From Azolla caroliniana (Eukaryota; Plantae; Polypodiophyta), in the NCBI GenBank assembly GCA_043228905.1, contig JBHGNT010000018.1:8122001-8186000 (forward strand): 64,000 bases of DNA, in the 5' to 3' direction. Of this stretch, positions 11,730-22,420 are shown one piece after another (position 1 is the first letter of the stretch; the number at the start of each line of letters is the position of its first letter). The position numbers and the translations under genes are program-made. A model generated the notes under the pieces. The model was not told where the DNA came from. It did not search any database and saw nothing but the letters and a program-made list of their open reading frames with translations.

Positions 11730-13664
11730 GAAAGGATATGTAGGTTATGCCACATAGAGATAGAGGATGAGTACCATTTTACATGCAAATGCCCCACCTA
11801 TGCCGAGATAAGGGCAAAATACCAAGACATACGTGGTTCCTCTCCCACCCTCCCTAAACTATCAGATACACTAGATATAAAGAAATTAGGTAGATACATC
11901 TTAGAATTGAAACAACACAGAGAGAATAAGTTACAAAACGTTGATAATAATGTTGCTAATGTTTACCAACATGTAACAAATGAAGTTTTTCAGGAACAGG
12001 GGGAGACAATGAATGTAAACACACCTGCACCATTCAGGCTTTTCCTTGATGAAGCAGAAAATCAAAAAAGAACCAAACGCCCTTGGATGTCGGGTTTCAA
12101 AGCAACTCGACGAGATGTAGAAGCAATAAAGAAAATAAGGGAACGTGAACTACACCGCCTAGAAGCCATGGCTAGGGCACTCTATACATCGGGACCATGG
12201 GTCACACCCACACCAAAAACGTTTGACCTCCCACTTCTTTTTGAGAGACTTGGGTGGAAATGAGATTAGGCTTAGTGCAAAGTTTTGTACACTACTAGAA
12301 CTTTCTTAGCTTAAGCTATTTTCTTTTATTTTAGTTTTGATGATTGGATAAACACTCATTTTTGTTGTAAACCAATTGTCTCATGGGCCAAATTTGGCCT
12401 TAGAAGACGTTAATATATCTTTCTTTCTCTCTCTCTCTCTCTCTGTGTTGCTATCCGGCAAAGCCGGTTTGTCTGACGCTTCCGCACATAATCTTTTACA
12501 AAGTCGAAACTCCAGCAGTGCACAGCCACCTCAACAACCGAAGCAGAATACATAGTCGCGTCCGACGCAGCAAAAGAAGCCTTATGGCTCGGTTGGTTGG
12601 CGCACACGTTTCGACAAGTCGACTCCGACTCGGCTCCAGTTGTCTACAACGACAATCAAGGTGTTGTTGCTTTGTCAAAGAATCTGGTTCACCACAACGC
12701 TTCCAAGCATATCGACGTTCGATATCACTTCGTTCGGGACTGCGTCATTTCAGGGAAAATCGGTCTCGAGAAAATATCCACAACCGATAATGTCGCAGAT
12801 TGAATGACCAAGTGTCTTTCAGCGGATCGTTTCCAGTCCCTTCGGCACAAGATGGGCGTAATGAAAAATCGGTCTGGTTAAAGTCGGACACACAGCACAA
12901 GATGGTTTCGAACAACAGACATCAGTTCTTTGAGGATCGTCTTTAGCTCTTCCGACCCGGCCAGTTCGGGCTTCAGTCTTCAGATCTTTCCGACTCGAAC
13001 AAAATCGATCTGTCCATTACGGGGGAGTGTCGAATACGAGTGTATAATGGCCGTATTCACACTGTCCTTTTGGACAGCCCAAGTTTGGGCTATTTCTGTA
13101 AATAGCATAAAGGGCAGTTGCCCTAAGATAGTCACTATATAAAGTGACTTTGTAACTGTTAAGTAATTAGGTAATTAACTAGGGTTAATTAGAGACTAAT
13201 TATATGGTTACGTTAAGCAGCGGAAGATTAGTATGATATGCGTGTGAGAGTGTGTGAGAGGAAGAGAGAGAGAGAGGAAGTTACACTTAAACACAAAGAT
13301 AAATGGGGGATGATTGACTATATTGAAAAGTGTCATCAACATACAAAAATACCCACAATGAGGTATATATACAACCCATGTGCAAAGTTGCACATGTGTG
13401 GGTAGAACATAGGTACTTATGTGTAAGTCCTACATTAAATGTACTAAGGAGTGGAGGATCTAGAATATCCCACTTAAGTACAAGGTCCTATTTAAAGGCT
13501 TAAGGTCAACACATTAACTAGATTCGATCTAGGTAACTACTAAGTTACATGTGTTGACTAACTAGATTAAACTAGTTGAGCTTGATATCTCAACACGCCC
13601 CCTCAAGCTCAAGCGTGAGGCGTCCAACGTCCGGTTTAACTTCCTTCAGATTCGTCAGCATCGG

Positions 13665-13895
13665 TGCGGCTTGTGGCTTTCTTCGCGGCTCTCCGCGGCT
13701 TTGTTGCGCGGCGTTGCGCGGCTTTCTTCGTGTCTTCGCGGCTTCGTTGCGCGGCTCTCCGCGGCTTTGTTTTTCGCGGCCTTCTTCGCGGCTTCGCAGC
13801 TTCATTGCGCGGCTCTCCGCGGCTTTGTTTTTCACAGCGTTGCACGGCCTTCTTCGCGTCTTCGCGGCTTCGTTGCGCGGCTCTCCGCGGGTTTG
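13665..13895. repeat. CG-rich degenerate tandem repeat in the 3' region of D
   Basis: Repeated TTCGCGGCTTCGTTGCGCGGCTCTCCGCGGCTTTGTT-like units. Confidence 0.85.
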
Positions 13896-16629
13896 TTCTC
13901 CCCCTCAAGCCTGTGACGAAGGCTTGGGTCCTCAGGCTCTTGTTCGGTCACTACCTTCATCACGAGGGCATAGTGATGGGCCATATACTCGTTGTAGGCG
14001 TAACGAGTGACTTGGGTCTTCACTCGTGATGAGCGGCGGAGTTTCTCATTTTTCGATGTGAGTGCCTTCTTTACTCCGGTCCGGGTGTCCTCATGATGGG
14101 TACACCGAACTCACTGTCTAGTGAGCGAGCCGAATCATCCGAATCACGGTCGTCATGGTGGACCTCGACTTCGTATTCGAGCATCTTACCTTTGCCTTTG
14201 TCCGATGTCGGACTTGGCCGCGACGTGTTTTCATCGCGTGGAGGCTCTTGTGGGCCAATTAGCTCGGTAGAGCTTGGATTTTCCTTCGGTGGAGGACTTG
14301 GCCGAGTTTCGTCGTCCGAGTTGGCGTTCAACTCTTCCTCGATCGGGTCGGATGGAGTCGCATCGGGCTTATACCAAGATGCCGATTCGTCGAAAACGAC
14401 GTCACGACATATCCGCACCGCTCGGGTCGAGGGGTTGAAGCACTTGTACGCCTTTTTCGCGGACAAGTATCCTATGAGGATACATTCTTCCGACTTCGCG
14501 TCGGGCTTCTCTCGACTTTCGTTCGGGATGCGTACATTCACAATGCTTCCGAACACCTTGAGGTGCGAGAGGATGGGCTTTCTTCCAACGAAGATCTCGT
14601 ATGGAGTAAGCTCGTGCACGCTATTTGTGGTGCATCGATTCATGAGATAGATGGCCGTGGATGCCGCTTCCGCCCAATAGAAGTTTGGCATGTGCTTCTC
14701 ACTCATCATGGCGCGTGCTACCTCGAGTATTTGTTGATTCTTTCTCTCGGCTACTCCGTTTTGTTGGGGAGTGTGTCAGCATGAGAATTCTCTACGAATG
14801 CCTTCACCTTGGAGGTAGGAGGTGAAATCGTCGGAGAAGTACTCCTTTCCTCCATCCGATCATAGGCATCGAATGTGCCGACCGGTTTCTTTCTCCACTT
14901 GGCTTTTGAGCCTTTGAAAGTGGGAGAGCACTTCGCTCTTCTTCTTCATCGGGTATATCCACACGTAGCGCGAGTGGTCGTCGATGAAGGTGACGTAGTA
15001 GCGGCATCCGCCGAGCGTCGGCATTTGAGTCGGTCCCCATACATCCGAGTGGATTATGTCAAGGAGGCCTTTGCTTGCGGAGCTCTCCTTCGGGAATGGG
15101 AGTCAATGTTGTTTGCCGAGTTGGCATGCTTCGCACACTCGGTCGACTCGTTTCGATTCGAAGGTCGGAAGTCCGATTACAACTCCCTTTGATTGCATTC
15201 CGCGAAGCCGTTGGAGGTTTACGTGGTCGATTCGCTTGTGCCACAACTCGATGTTTGTCTCGGTCTTGAGACCTTTGGCGTACATGGCCGATTTTACCTC
15301 GTTCGAGTCGAGGATGAACAAGAGACCGTCTCTCCATCCCTTGGCTATGAGTCGGCCATCTTTCTCGATGAAGCAACCTTTATTGTTGAAGCGGATTTGC
15401 ATGCCTTGCTCCACGATTTGGCCGACCGAGACCAAATTCTTTGTTATTGTGGGCACGTGCAAGACATTCTTGATGCAAGCTTGCTCGCCTTCTTTCCCGA
15501 ATGGGACATCGCCGATGTGCCGAATGGGATGCGGAGTGTCGTCTCCGGTCTCTATGTAGCCGGGTCGATCCGGCGTTCGCAAGTCACGAAACCACTCTTG
15601 GTGCGACGTCATGGGGTGCGAGGCGCCGGAGTCTACGAACCACGCGTGTTCGGAGTTGGAGGTGCTTGTGGAGTTTGCGGGATCGGAGGCCATCATAGAG
15701 TTCGCTCTATGCCTCATCACGAAGAGTCCACCGTAGTCCGCATATTCCGCGTTCACGGCGTAATTTGTGAGTTGCCGGCTTGTTGAAGCCAACTCGCTTC
15801 GTCTTTTTCGGCACTCCTCTTCGCGATGGCCGATTTTGCCGCAATAGTTGCATGTAGGTGGCGTCGTTCACCGACCTTGTTCGGCATGGAAGCTCCCCCT
15901 TCTTGTGAAGGTTCCTCGATGGCTTCCGTTTCCTTGCCGAAATTGTGAATTCCCTTCGTGGGATAGGTCGAATTGACCTCTTCCGCGTCGACCTCGTCTA
16001 TGGGCACCATCCGTATCGGAGAAGAGCATTTGTCCTTCCGATGTGTTGGTCTTTGGTTGAACGTGGTTTTCTTCGACCAATAGCATTGATTGGAGGTTGA
16101 AGAACAAGGGAGGGGTATCTCTCGCCAAGATTGCCATTCTCAACGAGTTGAATCGTTGTGCGAGGCCGCCCAAGCATACTTGCACCATCTCGTCCTCGTC
16201 GATGTTGACGTTGATGGATCCAAGAGAGTCGCAAATTCTCTTGATCTTGGCGGTGTAGTTCGTCACGGACATTTCTTTTTGTCGTATGTTGTTCAACTCT
16301 TGCCGGAGTTGAAGCTTGCGCGCGGATGTGTCCGCGGCGAAAATCTTCTTGAGATTTTCCCATGCCTCTTTGGGCGTCTTGGCGTCACGAATGTGGCTAA
16401 GCATGTGGTCGTTTACACATGTTGCCAAGCAATACATTACCCGACTCGCGCCTTGCTCCCACGTTGGGTAGTTGGCGTGTGTGGTTTCGGGTTTGTTTTC
16501 TTGTGCGCCGTTGATGTAGCTCCAATACCCTTGGCCGACAAGGTATTGATTCATCTTGTACTCCCAAGATGAATAGTTGCTTCGGTCTAGCCTTTCGCTA
16601 GGGAGTGAGCTTCCCATTTGTTTGTTCAT
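13832..16629 (-). pseudogene. Copia D gag-PR-INT (fragmented); RT/RH deleted
   Basis: gag at 15868-16629, PR and INT zinc finger at 15103-15792, INT core to 14071, then YNEYMAHHYA..QEPE joined directly to DPSLR, a pol C-terminal-like motif. Confidence 0.88.
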
Positions 16630-17423
16630 GTTGATTGTTGTGTCTTCTATTTTGTTTTTCTTCTCTTGGTCGCGTACACGTCCTTCGTAGCGGCACTACG
16701 GTAGCAGATAGCGAATAGCCGGGATTTGTCGTCGGCATCTTGAACACACAATCATGAATAAGCGGTGGGCTTAGTGGATTTCCTAAACCACGCGCTCTGA
16801 TACCATGTTAAGTAATTAGGTAATTAACTAGGGTTAATTAGAGACTAATTATATGGTTACGTTAAGCAACGGAAGATTAGTATGATATGCGCGTGAGAGT
16901 GTGTGAGAGGAAGAGAGAGAGAGAGGAAGTTACACTTAAACACAAAGATAAATGGGGGATGATTGACTATATTGAAAAGTGTCATCAACATACAAAAATA
17001 CCCACAATGAGGTATATATACAACCCATGTGCAAAGGTGCACATGTGTGGGTAGAACATAGGTACTTATGTGTAAGTCCTACATTAAATGTACTAAGGAG
17101 TGGAGGATCTAGAATATCTCACTTAAGTACAAGGTCCTATTCAAAGGCTTAAGGTCAACACATTAACTAGATTCGATCTAGGTAACTACTAAGTTACATG
17201 TGTTGACTAACTAGATTAAACTAGTTGAGCTTGATATCTCAACAGTAACCTTTAGTTAAAGGTGGTTGTTATTTTGTAACTGTTGCTATTGAGAAATATA
17301 ATGTTTCTTTTGTGCCTATCTCTCTCTCTTTGTGTGTGTGTATATTGCTCATTCGCATACGCAAGCTCTTCACCATCACAAACGTTGTTTGTTCTTCCGC
17401 ACTGACGACCTTGTTCCCCAACA

Positions 17424-19186
17424 CTTCCGACCGTATGCTCCACACAAGTGACCTACCACCAAGATCTCTGGTTGCCCGAATGCGGATTTTTCTCCTGAAA
17501 ATGTCAAATTTGCATCTTCGAGCCTTTGGAGCACCTTCTCGCAATCTTTCATATGATCCACGATGAACTTTCTACATCCATCCTTATCTTTTGATTCATC
17601 CTTCTCTTCATCCGAACATCCTTTTATCAAAATATCATCCAAGAATGGCATCGTGATATCCGGGATGCAATCCTTCAAGACCTTGTTCATGGCATTCACT
17701 ATATAAGCCACCGAGTTCTTTGAACCTTGAGGTAAGGTACACATCCGCACCAACCCGATAGGAGTTCTCATGGTTGTAATGTCACGACTGTCGACCGCCA
17801 ACTGGAATTGATCGTAGCCAGAGTAGAGATCACCAATGGAGTAGATGGACCGGCCCGCAAACGCCTCGGCAAATTCATCCACACTTGGACCGATTCCAGC
17901 ATTCCGAATTATCACCTTGTTGACAGGTTGAAGATCTTGAATGAATCGCAACGATCCATTCTTCTTTGGCACCGTGAACCATCTATTAGAATAAGGAGCA
18001 TTTGACGGTTCCAAAATTCCCATCCTCACCTTCTCCTTTAAGAGCTCGATCAGCTTCGGTAGGTGAGCTCTCGGAACCGGTATCGGTTTCAAATTCCAAG
18101 GCACATGCGGCACCGTGAAGATCACCATCGATTCTACCATCCGTGGATTAGCACATCCGATTTCTTGTGGGGAAAATGCAAAAGCCTTCCCATGTCTTTC
18201 AAGCATTCCGTGGAACATTTGCTCCTCTTCAGGAAGGAGGAAATCCTCCCTTCTAACTCGTAGCTTTCCCTTCATCTCTTTAGTGAAGACGTGACCAATT
18301 GTATTTGGGTTCCTTCAGCGTGGATCTTTTGCAACTTCCTTCATCTTTTGCTAGATATCTTCCGGTAGTGGTACTGCAATTGGCTTGACCTTCCTATCCA
18401 CGGTTTTATATTTTGTGTTGACTTCGGCTTCCTCTATCAAGATGCCTCGATGATATTCATCGATGATAGCGTACATGTTGATGGAGTTAACCGAAATCAC
18501 ATGTTGATGGTGAGGATAGCTCAAGTCCACGACTTCCTTGATTTCGCCGATGGTGTCATTAAATGAGGCTTCCTCCAGAATATAAGACACAAATTCTTCT
18601 TCTTCAATTATGCTTTCTTCTTTCAGCACCTCCTCAAAGTCTTGTATCTGACACTTTTCCTTCTTGTTGAGTAGTCTTAGTTTGCATGCGCCACTAGGTG
18701 TGATGCATGTTGCTTCTTGTTGAGAATCAAGCTCAACTTGGTCTAGTGTGTGAACTCACCTTGAGAGTGAAGAGACACTCCAACGGTCAAGAGTCACCAT
18801 TATGTCACCACTTTGTATTCTAGCATTTAGTATGAGTCATAGAATCATATTCTATGACACATAACTTATGAGCTTTCACATTCCCCATGCTCCATGAGGC
18901 TTGTAGTTAATGAAGAGAGAGGGTGACTACATAAAGCACCCTCCTCCCACCTTGTATAATGTTGAGTCTTTCTCCTTTGTGAATATACTTTTACCTTGCG
19001 TATTCCTTCTCTCTCTCACTCTCTCTCTCTCTTATACACACACATAACTCATATCTCTTCCGCTTCACAAGAATCCATCTCTTGATTCTTTACACTTCTC
19101 CTTGCAATCCACGCACTCTACTTCCTTGTGGGGACTTATGATTGCTCGGACTATTTGTGCCCCATGCTTCAATAGTCCGCTTTAAA
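17424..19186 (-). pseudogene. Gypsy G pol (RT) in the -1 frame relative to gag-PR, split by a solo LTR and cut by Copia B
   Basis: ORFs 18351-18629 and 17424-18275. The frame is open back to the gag-PR stop once 18718-19099 is removed. Confidence 0.85.
18718..19094 (+). mobile_element. Solo LTR of the Copia E family (377 bp), TSD CTTCT
   Basis: TGTTGAGAATCAA...GATTCTTTACA. CTTCT at 18713-18717 and 19095-19099. Homologous to the LTR starting at 23415. Confidence 0.92.
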
Positions 19187-21362
19187 AATACAAGGATTCG
19201 CCTCCAAGGCTATCTCGGTTCCTTTCGTGATTAGCTCGCACCGTTAGGAATTGAACAGATCTTTTACTATCAAGACTCTTGATGCACGCGAAGGCTGCTC
19301 TGTTATTGAACACCTTGATCTCCATCTGGGACGATGTTATATACGGTTGTGCTAGGATGACAGGATGTGAAGCCGAGTCTTGCACGAAGAAGTGTTGATC
19401 AATCTCCACATCCCCTATCGTGACTTTAATGTTGGGGCAAGCTCCGTACAAGTCCTCCGTAGCCTTCGTCGTCGCTTGAATCTTCCATCCATGGTTTGTA
19501 TTAATCGGCCATCTTCCTTTCTTGTAGAACTCGGTCGACATGAGGTTGATCTCCGAGCCATGGTCAATCAAGGCTACCACAGTTTCTTTCTTCTCCCCAA
19601 TCTTCACCGGCATCTCCGTTGTCGCTCTTGCCCAATGAGGTCGAGAGTAATGGCTATCCGCCACCGCTTCTTCTTCCTCCTCCTCTTCCGATCTTTCCAT
19701 GGTTATGACACTTGTTTTCACCTCCTCTTCATCAGATTGTTGCCGCTTCCTTTTAATAAGGTCCACGATAGTATCATGGAACTCCTTCACGATCCCAAGC
19801 AGTTCTCTCAAAGTAAGGTCAACATGACTGTCTAAAACCTTCTCCTCAAGGACCTTCTGCAAGTCAACCGCTTGTTCTATGTCCGATCTTAACTTGTAAG
19901 TTGGTGCCGCTCGTTCTTTTCCTTTCTTCGTTGATTCTTCGACTTCCATCCGAGCAGGTTGGCTCGATCCATCGGGCTTCATGCTTGTTTCTCCAACCTC
20001 TTTTCGTGGCATAGGTGGGACTTTCCCTTCTTTCCCTTTGTTCCTCGTGTTGGGATGCTTTGACGTGCCATCTTCTTCATCGGTTCTTTTCCTCTTCTCT
20101 TCGACAAGAGCTTCATAGTTGTCGCACACTACCTCCGCAAAGCTTGTGTTTTCGTCAACTGGATCTGACCATCTAGTAACTCGTCGCACATTCTGATCAG
20201 CATGTTTTAGATCTTCCGAATCAATTTTTCCTTTTTTCTCGCACTCAAAGACCGTCGGCCAAAACCCAGCTTCTGGCTTGATCGTCTTTAGATTCTCTTT
20301 TCCAACTCGTATCCCAGCCAATGCGGCATAGTGCATAGCTTCCACATGCCTTGCATCTTCCTCTTCTACAATCCTTTTTAGCCTGCCTCTTCTAAAGTTC
20401 ACTCGGAGTGGCTTTCGGGTCTCACTCGAGTGGATCATGTTGTGATCCAAATAGATGACATTCTTGCGAATCGCGTCTTGCAAATCAGCGCATTCCCTTC
20501 GTGAGTGCTCGAAGTTGTCGCACCACACACATCTATACGCTTCTTTTCCCTTGGGCCCGCATCGACCTAAGTTGGCCAGCGATACTACTTCAAATTCCTT
20601 GGAGAGCTCTTCGATTATAGAGTCCTCCATCTCTTTCTTGTCGAAATTGTTGATCCGCTTGTTAGGCTCGACCGTCACATGTGCTTTCCTCCTCCATGTT
20701 TGTAGATTCTCCATATTAGTTTCCTCTTGCCATTATCGACGCTTATCAAGATGGCTACAAGACTTTTTCACCACCGTCCAGTCCACTACCAAGACATTTG
20801 GTTGTGTTTCGTCCTCCAAAAATCCGCCCAATTCTCGCCGGTCTTTTGTATCCACCGCCTTCAAGAATAGCAAGACTTTATCTCCATCGAGAGCTCGTTG
20901 ATCAACACTCGGAAGTCGGTTGTACCTCTGGTCGAATTCCGCATATACTCCCGATGCACACAGATTCTTTCCTTTCTTCTCGATCCAAATCATTAGTGTA
21001 TGTCGAGTCATCCGTGATACGTCTTCAAGCATGTATTTAGCAAGAAGCGCCTTCTCGAACTCCGCCCAAGTTGCGTGTTCGTTTTGGATCTCTATGACAC
21101 GCTCGCGGATTCCTAGTTCCACCACATGCTTGAAACTAGAAATTTGTTTCAAATCATGGACATCCCTCTGTTGCATCTAATTCCGATTGGTAGCAAGGAA
21201 ATCCATGATATTCTTGCCACCAAATCGTCCAGATATCTCCACCGTTCGATCAACAGCTTTGTCGATTAAAGCCTCTCAATCTCTCGCCTTCAGCATGTAT
21301 TCCACAACGAACACCATGCCTTTCGTTAATTCTTCTCCTTGAGCTCCACTTGTCGAAGCCAT
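19182..21362 (-). pseudogene. Gypsy G gag-protease ORF with internal stops
   Basis: ORFs 20733-21176 and 19182-20714 plus an upstream in-frame segment. Ends TTG TAT TTT TAA. Confidence 0.85.
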
Positions 21363-21393
21363 CGTCGCACTTGATATCCTCCTGCCACCTCGC

Positions 21394-21411
21394 TTCACTT
21401 CGGCTTCACCA
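21394..21411 (-). promoter_or_regulatory. PBS, tRNA-Trp type
   Basis: 16/18 match to the recalled plant tRNA-Trp complement TGGTGAACCCGACGTGAA. Lies 4 nt from the LTR. Confidence 0.75.
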
Positions 21412-22169
21412 AAGATGTCACGAAAATACGACGAGGATATGTGAACTTGAGGTAGGACCCCGGGGCCTCCGACCAGAGAATATCAAATTTGTGTGTTTAT
21501 GTACTAAGAATTAACCGAAATAAGAAAGATTGACAATTTTCATTAACAAATAGAAAGAAAGATTACAATTAATCCCAAGATTGGGATTACAAAAAGTTTA
21601 GCTAATGGAGATTGCTAGAGTAATAGATTAGAAGAATTTGAGATATGGATTCGATAGAAAATTAGGGTTTTTTGGCTTTGATAAGAGATTATGGGTTATG
21701 AGTTGAATAGCTTCCTTATGGAAAAAATTTGAATTATAAGTGATAGCTCCCCCTAAGAAAATTCGGATTCCTAGTTTTGTCTCTTCCCAATACACTTGCA
21801 TTAAGGAACTTCAGTTTGCATCTCCCTACCCCTTTGCATGCGTTCCACATGGCGTTTTTACTTTACTTGCATAATCTCTCCACTTTTTCTTTCCATGCCT
21901 TCCATATGATCTTTACTTTATGCATGCCCTCCAACTTTAGTTGCATGCATCCGCATGGCCTTTACTTTAGTTTCCTTTACTTTACTTTAATTAGCCACAT
22001 GATCCTATCATCTGTCCGTTTCAATCGCCGCCTATCCAATCCATTCGGTCCATGTCCAGCCTCGTCCGGTTGCCGGTTCTGCCCGATCGCCAGTTTCCGA
22101 TTGCCGGCTTCGCCCAATCGCCGGTTGCCGAATCCGCCTAGTTTCCGACTCCATCCGATTGCAGGTTTT

Positions 22170-22420
22170 GCCGGTTCCGTTTTAATTACCGACCGGTTCC
22201 GGTTTGCTTACCGGCAAGTTTCGGTTTGCTCTCCGGCCGGTTCCAGTTTGGTTTTCGGCATACCGGTCGGTTCCGGTTTGCTTACCAACCGGCTCCAATT
22301 TGGTTTCTAGCTTACCGATGGATTCCAGTTTGCTTACTAGCCGGTTCCGGTTTGCTTACCGACCAATTCCAATTTGGTTTCCGGCTTACCGACCGGTTCC
22401 ATTTTATTGTCAATCGGTTT
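22170..22420. repeat. Tandem ~20-bp CCGG-rich repeats in U3 of the Gypsy G LTR
   Basis: Repeated CCGGTTCCGGTTTGCTTA(CCGA) and CCAGTTTGGTTT units. Confidence 0.85.

Larger units (their letters stand above)
5915..12263 (+). pseudogene. LINE ORF2 (EN-RT-Zn finger), disrupted and split by the 8706-11729 insertion
   Basis: ORFs 5906-6247, 6278-6970, 7007-7441, 7600-8472 and 11735-12263. PREE|RICRLCH rejoins in frame across the GAAAG TSD. Confidence 0.88.
5915..12443 (+). mobile_element. 5'-truncated non-LTR retrotransposon (LINE, APE-type; RTE/RTEX-like, clade tentative) with (CT)n tail
   Basis: APE endonuclease (LLGDFNART, STVDYL, VDH), RT (GVKQGCPLSPTLF, LLYAND) and C-terminal HQLEIENGR..ERICRLCH..EDEYHF..C. 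The 3' UTR ends in (CT)n at about 12420-12443. Probable 6-bp TSD TGTGTT. Confidence 0.9.
1..12500 (+). mobile_element. Ty1/Copia LTR retrotransposon 'A' (5' end outside window); interrupted by a solo LTR and a LINE
   Basis: Contains gag, a zinc knuckle (CWYCGKQGHKESEC), PR (WYVDSGASNHM), INT (HKRIGH..CEACQLGK, SFIDD, AERKNR), RT (HQMDVKNAFL) and RH (TEAEY, YYDN) in Copia order. PPT GAAGGGGAG ends at 5546. The 3' LTR starts TGTTGAG at 5547 and ends TTTTACA at 12500, followed by AAGTC of host Copia B. Confidence 0.92.
5547..12500 (+). repeat. 3' LTR of Copia A, split into 5547-5914 and 12450-12500 by the LINE
   Basis: TG...CA termini, adjacent PPT, TATA (TGTATAAATA) at about 5803, and TGTGTT duplicated at 5909-5914 and 12444-12449. 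Confidence 0.85.
13157..17244 (-). mobile_element. Copia 'D', 4088 bp, complete ends but lacking RT and RNase H; TSD GTAAC
   Basis: 439-bp LTRs at 13157-13595 and 16806-17244, with about 5 mismatches by eye. PBS TGGTATCAGAGC (tRNA-iMet) at 16794-16805. PPT GAGGGGGCG next to 13595. GTAAC at 13152-13156 and 17245-17249. Confidence 0.95.
12501..17423 (+). mobile_element. 3' part of Copia 'B' (Tork/Tnt1-like, same family as C): RNase H fragment, PPT and 3' LTR split by element D
   Basis: KSKLQQCTATSTTEAEY...KHIDVRYHFVRD at 12501-12881 is highly similar to C. PPT GGGGGAG ends at 13027. LTR is 13028-13156 plus 17250-17423 (ends CCCCAACA), followed by CTTCC of the Gypsy RT. Confidence 0.88.

Noticed and set aside
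14093-16572. Plus-strand ORFs antisense to Copia D, and similar antisense ORFs in A, C and G
   Set aside because: Expected shadows of GC-rich coding sequence, with no independent motifs.
21450-21475. TGGTCGGAGGCCCCGGGG (minus strand) as the PBS of Gypsy G
   Set aside because: No recalled tRNA matches it, and it lies inside the LTR. The Trp-type site at 21394-21411 fits the LTR end.
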